Shown: one piece after another, positions 13,165-23,870 of the stretch | Numbering within the stretch: position 1 is the stretch's first letter | Layout: every line of letters begins with the position of its first letter | Assembly: GCA_034780895.1 (NCBI GenBank) | Contig: JAUZTB010000062.1 | Coordinates: forward strand, 26,355,347 to 26,419,346 | Direction of reading: 5' to 3' | DNA: 64,000 nucleotides | Origin: Rhynchobatus australiae | Lineage: Eukaryota | Program-made: the position numbers and the translations under genes | Notes under the pieces: model-generated | Told to the model about the DNA's origin: nothing | The model's input: only the letters and a program-made list of their open reading frames with translations | Database searches by the model: none

Positions 13165-13755
13165 TTCATACAATTTAGGAGCAATTTGCTTGTATTTCTT
13201 CCATTTTAACATACTGCACATGATATGGTCTCCTTTAATTAGAGAGACCATACTCAGATTGAGTGACCACTTTGCAGAACACCTCTGTTCAGCCCACAGA
13301 GATCTTGAACTGGCTAGTTCATTAATGTGATTTTCTTTTCACCTCCATAGATGCTGTCTAATTTGCTGGACATTTCCAACACTCTTATTTCAGGTAGCAA
13401 CCAACTGTAGTTTTCTAAATCTCACTGCTCCAACAATTTCTTTCTCCTTCCTCTGCCCCCATTCATCTTACCCTACATGCATCACTCCAGAGAGATCAGC
13501 AGTAATTAACAAGTCTTTACACCCTGTCTCAACTGATTCCACCATTTTGTGCATCATTCACTCTCTCTTGGTCTGCACCCTATTAGAGATGCTCCCTTTG
13601 CTCTCTCTATCCTCTCTCTCTCCTTCAATTTAAAACCTGTTTGATTTCTACTTCTTCCTAGTTCCGGTGACAGGTCATTGACCTGAAATGTTAACTCAAT
13701 TTCTCTTTCAACAGATACTGTCTGATCTGCAGAGATTTTCCAGCATTTTTTGCCT
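13165..13755 (+). mobile_element. Penelope-like element 3' fragment: GIY-YIG endonuclease remnant, pyrimidine-rich UTR, terminal repeat
   Basis: ..IRETILRLSDHFAEHL.S.H resembles YIGETKRRLGDHFAEHLRSV. Terminal repeat with a decayed hammerhead core CCGGTGACAGGTCATTGACCTGAAATGTT at ~13664-13692. Confidence 0.75.
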
Positions 13756-13887
13756 GCCTCTGATTTATGTAACTACACACATACAGAGTGTCAATTGAAA
13801 TGACTAGTTCAGTTAATAAATTGCACTATCTTAGCTGATGCATTTCATCACCTCATGACACAGTGCAACTCACTGATTAATACAATA

Positions 13888-14195
13888 GGTGGTGCAGCAG
13901 CTAGAGCCGGTGCTTTATATCTCCAACAACATAGGTTTGACCCTGACCTCAAGTGCTATCTATGCAGAATTCACACATTTTCCCTGCAAATGCATGCTTT
14001 CCTCCTACATATCAGAGATAGAGGTAAGTGGGTTAATTGGCTGTTGTAAGTTACCACTTGCACAAATAGGGGGCAGGAGTTGATAGGGAGTTGATTGGAA
14101 TAGGTTCCTGGGAAATAAATATGGGAATGGAACTGAGAGAATTTTCTGAGAGCCAGCCAAGACATAATGGGCAAAATAGCCTCTTGCTCTATTGT
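13888..14195 (+). mobile_element. V-SINE
   Basis: GGTGGTGCAGCAGCTAGAGCC head, GGTTTGACCCTGACCTC B-box region, GGTTAATTGGCTGTTGTAAGTTACC. Confidence 0.75.
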
Positions 14196-15814
14196 AATAA
14201 TATATTATTAGCTCTCAGCCAATGACATTCACTGTGTCAGTCTGTCTCAGCTAATGAGTTAGGCAGCCTCAGCCAATAACTTGTACTCAGTTAGCCATAG
14301 AACTGGAAGGGTGGGACTGATAACAAGGTTCTCAACCACACAGTGTGTTTTACAGCAACCAAACTAAATAACACATATTTACTCAGCAAATAAAAATGGA
14401 CGCCAAATCTTTTACCAAGTCTGACTAAATAGCTTCTGTAAGATGAAGCAGGAAATAGAACTCAACTTATCCTGATAAAAATATACTGATTTCTCAGAAA
14501 ATGCATTGGGTTGTGGATTATTATATCATACAAATTCTGTACAGAAAATCAATCCCATTCACTTGGAGCAGTGGAGTCACAAGGCTGTTTGATTGGGTAA
14601 TAACCCCAATATCCCTATTCTAGCTGGGAGCTGCAATATCACTATATTGTGAGCCACTTGGGTGAGCAACTGAAGGACAGTTGGTAATGAGAAAGTTGTA
14701 CCCTGGAAACAGTCATTTCTTCCAGAAGGAGAAGAACAAACTAAAGTAAAATAACAAAACCCTCCATTGACTCAGGAAAGTCTAGTCTAATTCTGTTTGG
14801 GGGNNNNNNNNNNNNNNNNNNNNNNNNNNNNNNNNNNNNNNNNNNNNNNNNNNNNNNNNNNNNNNNNNNNNNNNNNNNNNNNNNNNNNNNNNNNNNNNNN
14901 NNNNNNNNNNNNNNNNNNNNNNNNNNNNNNNNNNNNNNNNNNNNNNNNNNNNNNNNNNNNNNNNNNNNNNNNNNNNNNNNNNNNNNNNNNNNNNNNNNNN
15001 NNNNNNNNNNNNNNNNNNNNNNNNNNNNNNNNNNNNNNNNNNNNNNNNNNNNNNNNNNNNNNNNNNNNNNNNNNNNNNNNNNNNNNNNNNNNNNNNNNNN
15101 NNNNNNNNNNNNNNNNNNNNNNNNNNNNNNNNNNNNNNNNNNNNNNNNNNNNNNNNNNNNNNNNNNNNNNNNNNNNNNNNNNNNNNNNNNNNNNNNNNNN
15201 NNNNNNNNNNNNNNNNNNNNNNNNNNNNNNNNNNNNNNNNNNNNNNNNNNNNNNNNNNNNNNNNNNNNNNNNNNNNNNNNNNNNNNNNNNNNNNNNNNNN
15301 NNNNNNNNNNNNNNNNNNNNNNNNNNNNNNNNNNNNNNNNNNNNNNNNNNNNNNNNNNNNNNNNNNNNNNNNNNNNNNNNNNNNNNNNNNNNNNNNNNNN
15401 NNNNNNNNNNNNNNNNNCTTCAAAATATCTCCAAGTGTTTCATGTAGAGAAATATTTTTGGGAGTACCATAACTGTTACTCAGTGAAAACTTTACTCATT
15501 CTTTATCAATACTTAACACTGAAAGAAAAGACCACTTATTGATTTTTGCTGACATTGATTCACAGGAAGAAGTTGGCAAAACACTTGCTGAACTTAACAT
15601 TCATCTTATTCTTCCATTGAATCTTCAAAGGGCCATTTAAACTAGATGGATAAAGTGTTCCGTGCATCATCCAATGAATGACCAGAGTACCCTTGAGGAT
15701 CAGGAAACAAAACTACTGTGTTATGTACATTCCTTATAGAATGGTTGCTCCCTTGTAATGAGCAACAGATCAACATTGGTATTCTGAATTGGAAAGTGGA
15801 AGTGGAAAAGCAAA

Positions 15815-15930
15815 CAACTGCAGTTACTAGAAAACTGAAGTAAGAGCAGAGGATGCTCAACAACTCAGGCAGCATCTGTGGAGAGAGAAGCAAAGTTAAT
15901 GTTTCAAGTTGATGACCTTTTATCAGAAGA
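15815..15930 (-). mobile_element. Penelope-like terminal-repeat remnant
   Basis: CAGGCAGCATCTGTGGAGAGAGAAGCAAAGTTAATGTTTCAAGTTGATGACCTTTTATCAGAA. Confidence 0.7.
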
Positions 15931-16639
15931 GTTCTGGGGCTTCCTTTCCACCTTTCTTGACCAACTGAACTATAGCTACAGAAATTATTGTTAACCTCAG
16001 AAAGAAGTTAAATTAATTTGCATTTTAGTTATTCATAAAATATGGCACAGTATTCCCCAGAATGCCATCACAAGGCCAACATTTTCAATTACCTTTCACG
16101 GTTACCAGTGGACCGTATTCCAATAGGATTGGACACTCTTTGCTCTCTATATCTAAATAGTATTGAATAATTTGTTTCTTAAAAAAAAGTGCTTATTAAT
16201 TTGTATTATGGCTTAAAACTTCTCACTCAATCAAATGCAGAATCATGGTTCTAAACCATTCATGGCACATTCAGGTTGATGGGGCAATCTAAATTAGATT
16301 CTATCTGAGTGAGTAATTTATACTGGTGAGACTGCAGCCATTGTGAACATCACTTCTTGTGTATAATGCTGCACTGTACAATTACTGGTCTGCTTTTTCC
16401 ATTTTTGGTTCATGCAGGTCTCTTCCCAACATTACGGAAAATTGGAAGCCATATAGGGAAAGTTTAAAATTGCAACTTTGGGCACAGTGAATGTTTTTTC
16501 CATCACTGCTAGTCATCAGATATCCTTTCTGCAATATAAATGGGCTCATTCAAGGTTCCAGATATCCCAGTACATTACATGACTGCTTCAAATTGAAAGA
16601 GTCTCTATGGTACAAAGAGGCTATTTAAGAAACAGATAT

Positions 16640-16985
16640 TCACTGCTGTGCAGTTCTTAGAGAGACCTGTATGATTGCAGATGCCACCTTTTGGGTGAGA
16701 CATTACACCAAGGCTCTTTCAGCGCCTTTAATGAAAGCAAAAGATTATATGGCTTTATTTTGAAGAATCACATGAAGTCCTCCCTGGTCATCTTAGCCAA
16801 TTTTAAGCCTTCAACTCACACCACTAAAATAGGCCATCTGGTCAGTATCACATTACAGTTTGTGATGCCTTGTTGAATGCAGTTTAGTTGCTATGTTTCA
16901 CTCATTGCAACACTTGGAGTAACTTAATTAGCTTTAAAGTTGTTTAAGCTATCCTGACATTGTCTAAAGTTCAATATAGATACAT
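16640..16985 (+). mobile_element. Deu-domain SINE (SacSINE1-like), degenerate
   Basis: GATGCCACCTTTTGGGTGAGACATTA...ATGGCTTTATTTTGAAGAA...ATCTGGTCAGTATCACATTACAGTTTGTG. Confidence 0.6.
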
Positions 16986-17839
16986 ATCGTATTAGATATT
17001 TCAAGAATGGTTATAAACCCGGAACTTGTTGACAAGTTAAATGTTGCTTTGATGGGTGTACATTGAGTGGTTAAGATAAGATGCACCCATAGTTTTAGTT
17101 ATCTAGATTATCTTGAGATCATGCAAGAGACTAATTATCACATACACTCAAGATGAAACACAGGATTTCAGAGCTGTCTACAGTGCCATGTGTTCTCACT
17201 GAAAATGATGTAGCTGCAGACCCAAACACATGAATCGATTTTACTTTTTAAACAATATTACCCCTAATGCATACACCAATACAGAATTAAAGAAAACGAG
17301 CAAGAAACTGAATTGGTATGCAGTATTCTTCAACAACCACCTACTCATCCCCACCATCCAACCAACATCCACTTACCCCCTCCCTCCCAACACTCCCCAG
17401 AGGTGCTCATTATTATGTACTGGCAATTATCCAGCTTATGAGCTTGTGAAATATTTAATTGTATCCTGTACGTTAATTGCTTCAAAATCAAATTAAATCT
17501 CAGAATCGCAATGTTGATAGGAAAATTGATGGCTGCAGAGGAGAAGTTCCTGTTGACAGGCTGATTGAAGAGCACCATAAGACTGATGAACATAGTTTGC
17601 TCTGATTTTGTTGAAAGCAGCACAAAAAGTGAATTGTGAGAGCCTTCTCAAAACGCCTCTAAAATCACAGTGGACTGGGTCTCCCACTTCTTTCATTTTA
17701 TTCTTTTTTTGGGATCTGGGCATCATTGGCCTGGCCACATTCATTGCCCATTCTTACCACCTTTGAGAAAGTGGACTTCTTGAACCTCTTCATGAGACAA
17801 ATTTTGACTTACAAGCAAGAAGAACAATATTTTTACCAA

Positions 17840-17968
17840 AGCAAAATACAGTGAATTCTAGATATCTGAAGTAAAACCAGTAAATGCTAGAAACACTCTG
17901 CAGAAGAGGAAGTGTCTGTGGAAAACAGAGAAACAGACTTAGTGTTCCAGCTCAGATTCCTATCAGGA
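17840..17968 (-). mobile_element. Penelope-like terminal-repeat remnant
   Basis: ATCTGAAGTAAAACCAGTAAATGCTAGAAACACTC...TCTGTGGAAAACAGAGAAACAGA. Confidence 0.55.
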
Positions 17969-18284
17969 GAGCTGCATCCATTGTTAAGTCAATAAGATTT
18001 TAAGTTCCAAGTTTCACAGTGACCTAAATTACATCAGACTAAAACAGGATACATATTAAAATGAGAGCTGCACAAAGGCAATGGCTGATGATCTATAAAT
18101 GAGGGCTAATTGGCCCATGCAATAAGTATGCTATCGAGGCAAATATGGGCTCTGGACTGAGCACAGAAAACCCTAAGAAGAAAGTGGGCCAGTTACTCAG
18201 CCATCCAGGTTCTGCACATGTGAAGGAGCTCTGGGGGGCTGATCACTGAAGACCCAGCCTCATATTCTTGAATGTCTATTGCTC

Positions 18285-18470
18285 ATCCAGTTCACTGATG
18301 TCCTTTGGGGAAGGAAGTCTGCAACCCTTACCTAATCTAGCTTCTTTGTGATTCTTGTCCCACCAGCACAGTTGTCTCACAGCTGCTTCCTCAGTTCTTG
18401 GGCAGGTTGGGACGGACAGTCAATGCCGGCTGTGTTGGTTACATCTGCATGCCATAAATGAATAAAAAAA
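18285..18470 (+). mobile_element. Interspersed SINE/LINE tail of uncertain family (related pieces on - at ~17700-17790, ~20130-20260, ~31720-31930)
   Basis: GTTCACTGATGTCCTTTGGGGAAGGAAGTCTGCAACCCTTACC...GCCATAAATGAATAAAAAAA; similar sequence recurs in the window. Confidence 0.5.
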
Positions 18471-18668
18471 CTCAACCCAAAATCCAGAGAAATTTCTCAC
18501 AGGTGCTCCTCCATTCACATCATCCGAAAACTGATAACTGGGAAGGTTCCCACCATAATTGTCAGTGCCAAGTTAATGTAGAGAGTTGTGAAATATCCTT
18601 TATCCTCCGTACCTGTCAGTTTCATGTGGTGTCTCACAGCATAATATGAAACAGTGTGCTTGTTCCTG

Positions 18669-19407
18669 GAGACACAAGAGACTACAGATGCCAGAATCTG
18701 GAGCACAGAAACAAACTGCTGGAGGAACTTAGCTAGTTAAACAGCATCTGTGGAGGCAAAGGAACTCTGCATCAGGACTGAGTGTGTGGAGGAAAGACAG
18801 TCAGCATACAGAGGTGAGAGGGAGGGTTAGGACAAGGGCTGGTAGGTGGTAGGTGGAACCTAGTGAGTTGGGGGGTGATGGGTAGATGGAGCTAGGTGGG
18901 GAAGGAGGAGTGAGGCGTTAAGAGACAAAGACTGGTGAGTGGTAGGTGGAAGCAGATAAGGAAAAAGAAACAATTGGCAACTGGAGCCAGGTAGGGGGAG
19001 GGGAGGGGGAAGATAGAGACAGAGGCTGGAAGGTGATGTGGAACCAGATCAGGGAGGAATGATGGTCAGATGCAACCAGATGGAGGAGGGATAAGGAGGG
19101 TCGGCCATTGAAGAAGAAACCGAGATAGATGGGTGTGTGGGTGGTGGGCAGATGGAAATGGGAAAGGTGAAGAAAGGAAGAGAGAACCTAGGTGGACCAC
19201 TAGGAACATGGGGTGTGGGTTACCTGAAGATGGAAAATTCAATGTTCATACCATTGGTTGTCAGCTATCCAAGTGACATATGAGACATATGATGTGTTGT
19301 CTTTCTAGAATGCATTTGGCGTCAGTGTGGCAGTGGAGAAGGCCAGGACAGACAGATCAGTGTGGAAGTGGGAAGGGGAATTAAAATGAAATGCAGCTGG
19401 AAGCTCA
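18669..19407 (-). mobile_element. Penelope-like element 3' fragment: GIY-YIG C-terminus, UTR, terminal repeat
   Basis: Minus-strand ELPAAFHFNSPSHFHTDLSVL...QPMV/GMNIEFSIFR resembles ELPVACHFNSPSHSHTDLSVLGLLHC...LQPNGMNIEFSNFR. Purine-rich segment on + at ~18790-19210; terminal repeat at ~18670-18780. Confidence 0.8.
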
Positions 19408-19859
19408 ATGGTTGTTCCTGTCCCAGGTAGAAAAAGTGGCTGAAGAGTCAGATGTTGGGCCGAAGTGCATTCCAAAAATAAAGATAAACCCCATAGAGCT
19501 TTATTTGATCTTGTGAAATCTGACTTAAGCAATTCTAATACATTTCTGAATTAAACTAGGGGAAAAGTAAGTGTTTGCAAATGCACATCTTACTCTCATT
19601 AGATCAGAAAATTATGGCTGCTTCCCAACTCCGCTCTGTTGCTGGTATTCCAGGGGCCATAATAAACTGGAGTTTCTGTGACAACTTTCTGAGACCTAGA
19701 TGTCATCAATCTCTTTCGGTCTTGGGTATGAAAGCTTCCCCGGATCACCAGACAAGGAGAGACTCTTAGAAATGCGTGAATTTGAACTCAGCAGTAAAGG
19801 TAATCCAAGATATGGGATCCAAAATAACTCTTTTAAATTTCACTTTGGATCTAAAACTG

Positions 19860-20105
19860 GGAGACAAAGAATCAGGGCAAGAGATGAGGAGAAATTTCAT
19901 TGCACTATATCTTTGGAATACTCTACCTCAGAGAACTGTGGATGCTTAGATGCTGAATAAACTCAATACAAAAATTACATAAGAACTTGATGAGCTAATT
20001 TTGGGATTCGAAGGTAATTAGAGGATATGGAGATCAGGTGGAGAGGTAGATTTGAATATATTGACTGGTGGAACAGGTTCATGCAGCTGTAAGACCTACT
20101 TACTG
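19860..20105 (+). mobile_element. CR1 LINE 3' end, very degenerate
   Basis: GAGATGAGGAGAAATTTC...TGGAATACTCTACCTCAGAGAACTGTGGATGCT. Confidence 0.6.
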
Positions 20106-20979
20106 ATTTTATTTCAGATTTCCAGCATGAGAGGCATGTGATGCCCATCTCTTATTGCCCTTTAGTGGGTGGTGTGTACTGCCTTCTCGAATTCTGTCGA
20201 TCTGTGGTCAGTGTAATCTCACAGTGATGTTAACAGGTGAAGTCCAAGAGTTTATTGGATGGACAACGGGAGGAAGGTGATTCATTTTGAAGTCATGATG
20301 CTTGTGAAACATTCAAGAGAAAGTTTAAAAGATATAACATTGACCCATAATAATTTAATGCTGACACTGGTGCAAAGAAAATTTTGAAAACATTTCAATT
20401 CTAGCATTGACATCAAATCAAGTTGATGAGCACAAAATCTTCCAAATGCAGCAGCAGCAGCAGATTCAGTTTCTTGAGAGTTGTGCATTAGGGAAAGCAA
20501 ATCACATTTATTTTGCATTAGTGAGGTTAACTAAATCATTGATCTGTGTGAAAATTGCTACTATGGTTTATTTTAATTTTTTTTGCTGGAAGCAAGTCAA
20601 CTAAACAACTTAAACAGTGAAAGCTCAGCCATTGCGTTATCAATCCTTTTGTTGAGACATCCCTCAAAAGCACAGGGGATTAACCATGGCATTTTGACAG
20701 GACTTGAAACAGCAATTGAATGCATTGCTGGCAAAGTGCTCCTACTTAAAAACAGAATGGCAGGGGGTAGGGGAGCAGTGGCAGGGACTGCAGTAACAGA
20801 AGGAGAGGAAGGACATTATATTCATCAGCAAATACATTAGTCCGTACCCCATTTATCCTGACAGTACTCTCCCTATTACAGTCTTTTGGTAAACTTCTCA
20901 AATTAAGGGATGTAGATGTGGCCAAACTGAAATGATGAGTACAGATGGATAAAATAAGCAACCCAGCTGATCACAATAT

Positions 20980-21270
20980 AAGATACTTAATTATCACACA
21001 TACATCGAAACACACAGTGAAATATGCCTTTTTGCATTGCTAAGATTGTGCTGGGGGCAGCCCACAAGTGTCGCCACTCTTCCAGCACCAACATAACATG
21101 CCCACAGCCCCTAACCTCTATGTCTTTGGAATGTGGGAGAAAACCAGAGCACCCAGAGGTAACCCATCAGACACGGGGAGAATGTATGAACTCCTTACAG
21201 GCAGCAGCGGGAATTGAACCCAGGTTGCTGGCGCTGTAAAAGTGTTACGCTATCCGCTATGCTACCATGC
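20980..21270 (-). mobile_element. V-SINE variant with Rex1-like tail
   Basis: V-domain plus tail CATACATCGAAACACACAGTGAAA; same subfamily as 60963-61260. Confidence 0.8.
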
Positions 21271-21367
21271 AGAGCCAGAAAAAAATCACACCTTGCAGTG
21301 TGAAATGATTGTTGAATCTATTTTCAAAATGTTTTTATATACAGCAGTTGATGAAGATTTAAAAAAA

Positions 21368-21582
21368 CTGAAGATGCAGCAATTTTGAGATAAAAGCAGA
21401 AAATGCTGGAAACACAAGCAAGGCAGGGAGCATCATTGGAAAGAGAAACAAACCTTTCAGGTCTGGGACCCTGCTACAAAACACTGAGTTCTGATGAAGA
21501 GTGCTAAATCTGAAACATTAACCATTTCTCTTTCCATAGATTCTGTCTGACCTGCTGAGCATTTCCAGCATTTTCTGTTTTT
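21368..21582. mobile_element. Inverted pair of Penelope-like terminal repeats, abutting an N gap
   Basis: Left arm GCAGAAAATGCTGGAAACAC.. is complementary to right arm ..CATTTCCAGCATTTTCTG; CTGATGA (21491-21497) and GAAAC (21512-21516). Confidence 0.75.
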
Positions 21583-23534
21583 NNNNNNNNNNNNNNNNNN
21601 NNNNNNNNNNNNNNNNNNNNNNNNNNNNNNNNNNNNNNNNNNNNNNNNNNNNNNNNNNNNNNNNNNNNNNNNNNNNNNNNNNCTGCTGAGCATTTCCAGC
21701 ATTTTCTGTTTTTATCTTGTGTAAAACAGGCTTGTCTTGTCCAATAAGTATGATCTTCTAGATTGGGAGCACCATGTTGTTTGTTGATTACCACATTTCC
21801 TTCATCTGGTTGTGCTGGGGTTGCTAGTCTTCTGGCAAATGATCCAATTCACATGCAGGTAGCCAGTCAGAAATTTTATTCATAAACTTTAAACTGTAGT
21901 AGAGGGAAATGCCAGTTGTTCAGTTAACAGAAAACGTTCTGCATTAAAGGTGACTGATTATTAATTTATAGACCAATCCCAGAAGGTATTGATGGTTTAT
22001 TACCACTGTGTGAGCACTGATTTTACTTTACCCCGTGTTACAATTCCGATCTGGGATTTCCAAGAACTGATTATTTTCTACCTGGAAGTGATCTGTGTGA
22101 CTTCATCACCTTGGGTCACAAATGCTACTACTTTGAATGCATTAGATCTTCTTTGAAAATAATGTTAGTGTGTGGTACTAGCTGATAAGCAACTTTCAAA
22201 GGGGATATACAAACCTCCCCCATTCCTCACAAGGAAAAATATTGAATCTCAAAGTCAGACTGAAGCCTTGAAAGCACAGTAGGTTCATTCATATGTGGTC
22301 AATAATTATGGATCGAATTAACTTTAGACAATAAACATGACCAAAAAAATAAGTGTTAAATTTTAATTGCATGTGGTTGGTGCTGTATTGAACAACTTGG
22401 TATCACATGAGTTTCATTGGCTACAATTTCAGAATTTAATAATCTCAGCATATTTACAATGCAGGGGAAACGAAACTGAAAACAAAAATCAGTAATCAAT
22501 CAATTAACACATCCAAGTGTGTTAATTGGTTCAAATGGTTTATTATACAGTATATATGCCAGTAAACATTTTTTATGTGAATTTTAGTGACTAATGTATG
22601 AATTGTTTGGACAGGAATTGTTCATTTTTAATTGAATTATAAATAAACCATTATGTGCAATAGGGAGAAATGGCAAAAGAGCAGAAATAAGGTGTGTTCA
22701 ATTGGTGAAGACAAACTATAATCAAATTGTTGGAGAATAAGGTTCCAGATTCAGCTCCAGTCTCCATGCTAGTTAAATTCAGCCACCTTGGTGGAAATGT
22801 TACTTAAAATTGGCACATGGCATTTGATATCCAATCAAGCTGCTATGGTAAAAGCCAGCTCCTCAAACATCCTGATCTGCTGGAATCTTTTGCAATGACA
22901 TGCAAGAAAGACCTTGCATTGTAATTGCTACAATGAGTTTAACCCCACCAAAGTCTAGTGTTCAATTAACAATCAGCAAGTATCATTCATAGTGTATTAG
23001 CAATTGTTTTTGGTTCCACCAGATCCAGTAAATGAACTTCCAGTGATTCCTGCTGAAAAGTATGTGTGGGGACGGGTTCTCAACCATGAAGGCCTCATCA
23101 TTGAGTAGCATTATTTTCCTATCTTTTATATTTAGAAGTGTTTCTTCAGTGAGACTATATGGAATACATGGTACACAGTATGTAGAAACAACATTCAGCT
23201 CACCAAGGCATTCGCTCTGACCAGCCTTTGCTGAGATTCTCCCTGACCTGCTGAGCATTCTCTGTTTTTATTTCAGATTTCCAGCATCTGCCGNNNNNNN
23301 NNNNNNNNNNNNNNNNNNNNNNNNNNNNNNNNNNNNNNNNNNNNNNNNNNNNNNNNNNNNNNNNNNNNNNNNNNNNNNNNNNNNNNNNNNNNNNNNNATT
23401 TACTTATCTAACCCCATCTAAATTATAGACCTCAACCACTCTGAACGCCAAGTTCTCACTGCTCACTGGTTAAAGAGTTTTCCTCTGAACTTCCTACCTG
23501 ATTCCTTGGGGACCACTTTTTGTTGATTGACTTT

Positions 23535-23870
23535 AGAGTCATAGATTCATGCGGCACAGAAACAGGCCCTCAGAGCACTGAGCCCCCGCTGACCATTAAG
23601 CATCCGTTTACATTAATCCTATACTAATCCAAATTTATTCATCCCACATTCCCATCATCTACCTCCAGATTTTAACACTCATCTACACAAAAGGGGCAAC
23701 TTGCAGTGACCAAGTAAACTATAATCCGCACATTTTTGGGGTGTGTGAGGAAACCAAATCACCGGGGAAACATTGGGGTCACAGGGAGAACACGCAAACT
23801 GCACGGATAGAACTCCAGGTCAGCATTGAACCCAAGTTGCTGGACCTGTGAGGCAGCAACTCAACTAGTC
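23535..23870 (-). mobile_element. V-SINE with CR1-type tail
   Basis: GGCACAGAAACAGGCCC tail; GTCACAGGGAGAACACGCAAACT; ATTGAACCC. Confidence 0.8.

Noticed and set aside
14782-15447. Long ORFs here and at 48722-49423 and 50820-51695
   Set aside because: Artefacts of N gaps
18790-19210. G-rich tract with G-quadruplex potential
   Set aside because: It is the complement of the pyrimidine-rich UTR of the Penelope fragment
21552-21713. ~30-bp direct repeat on either side of a 100-N gap
   Set aside because: Probably unmerged overlapping contig ends
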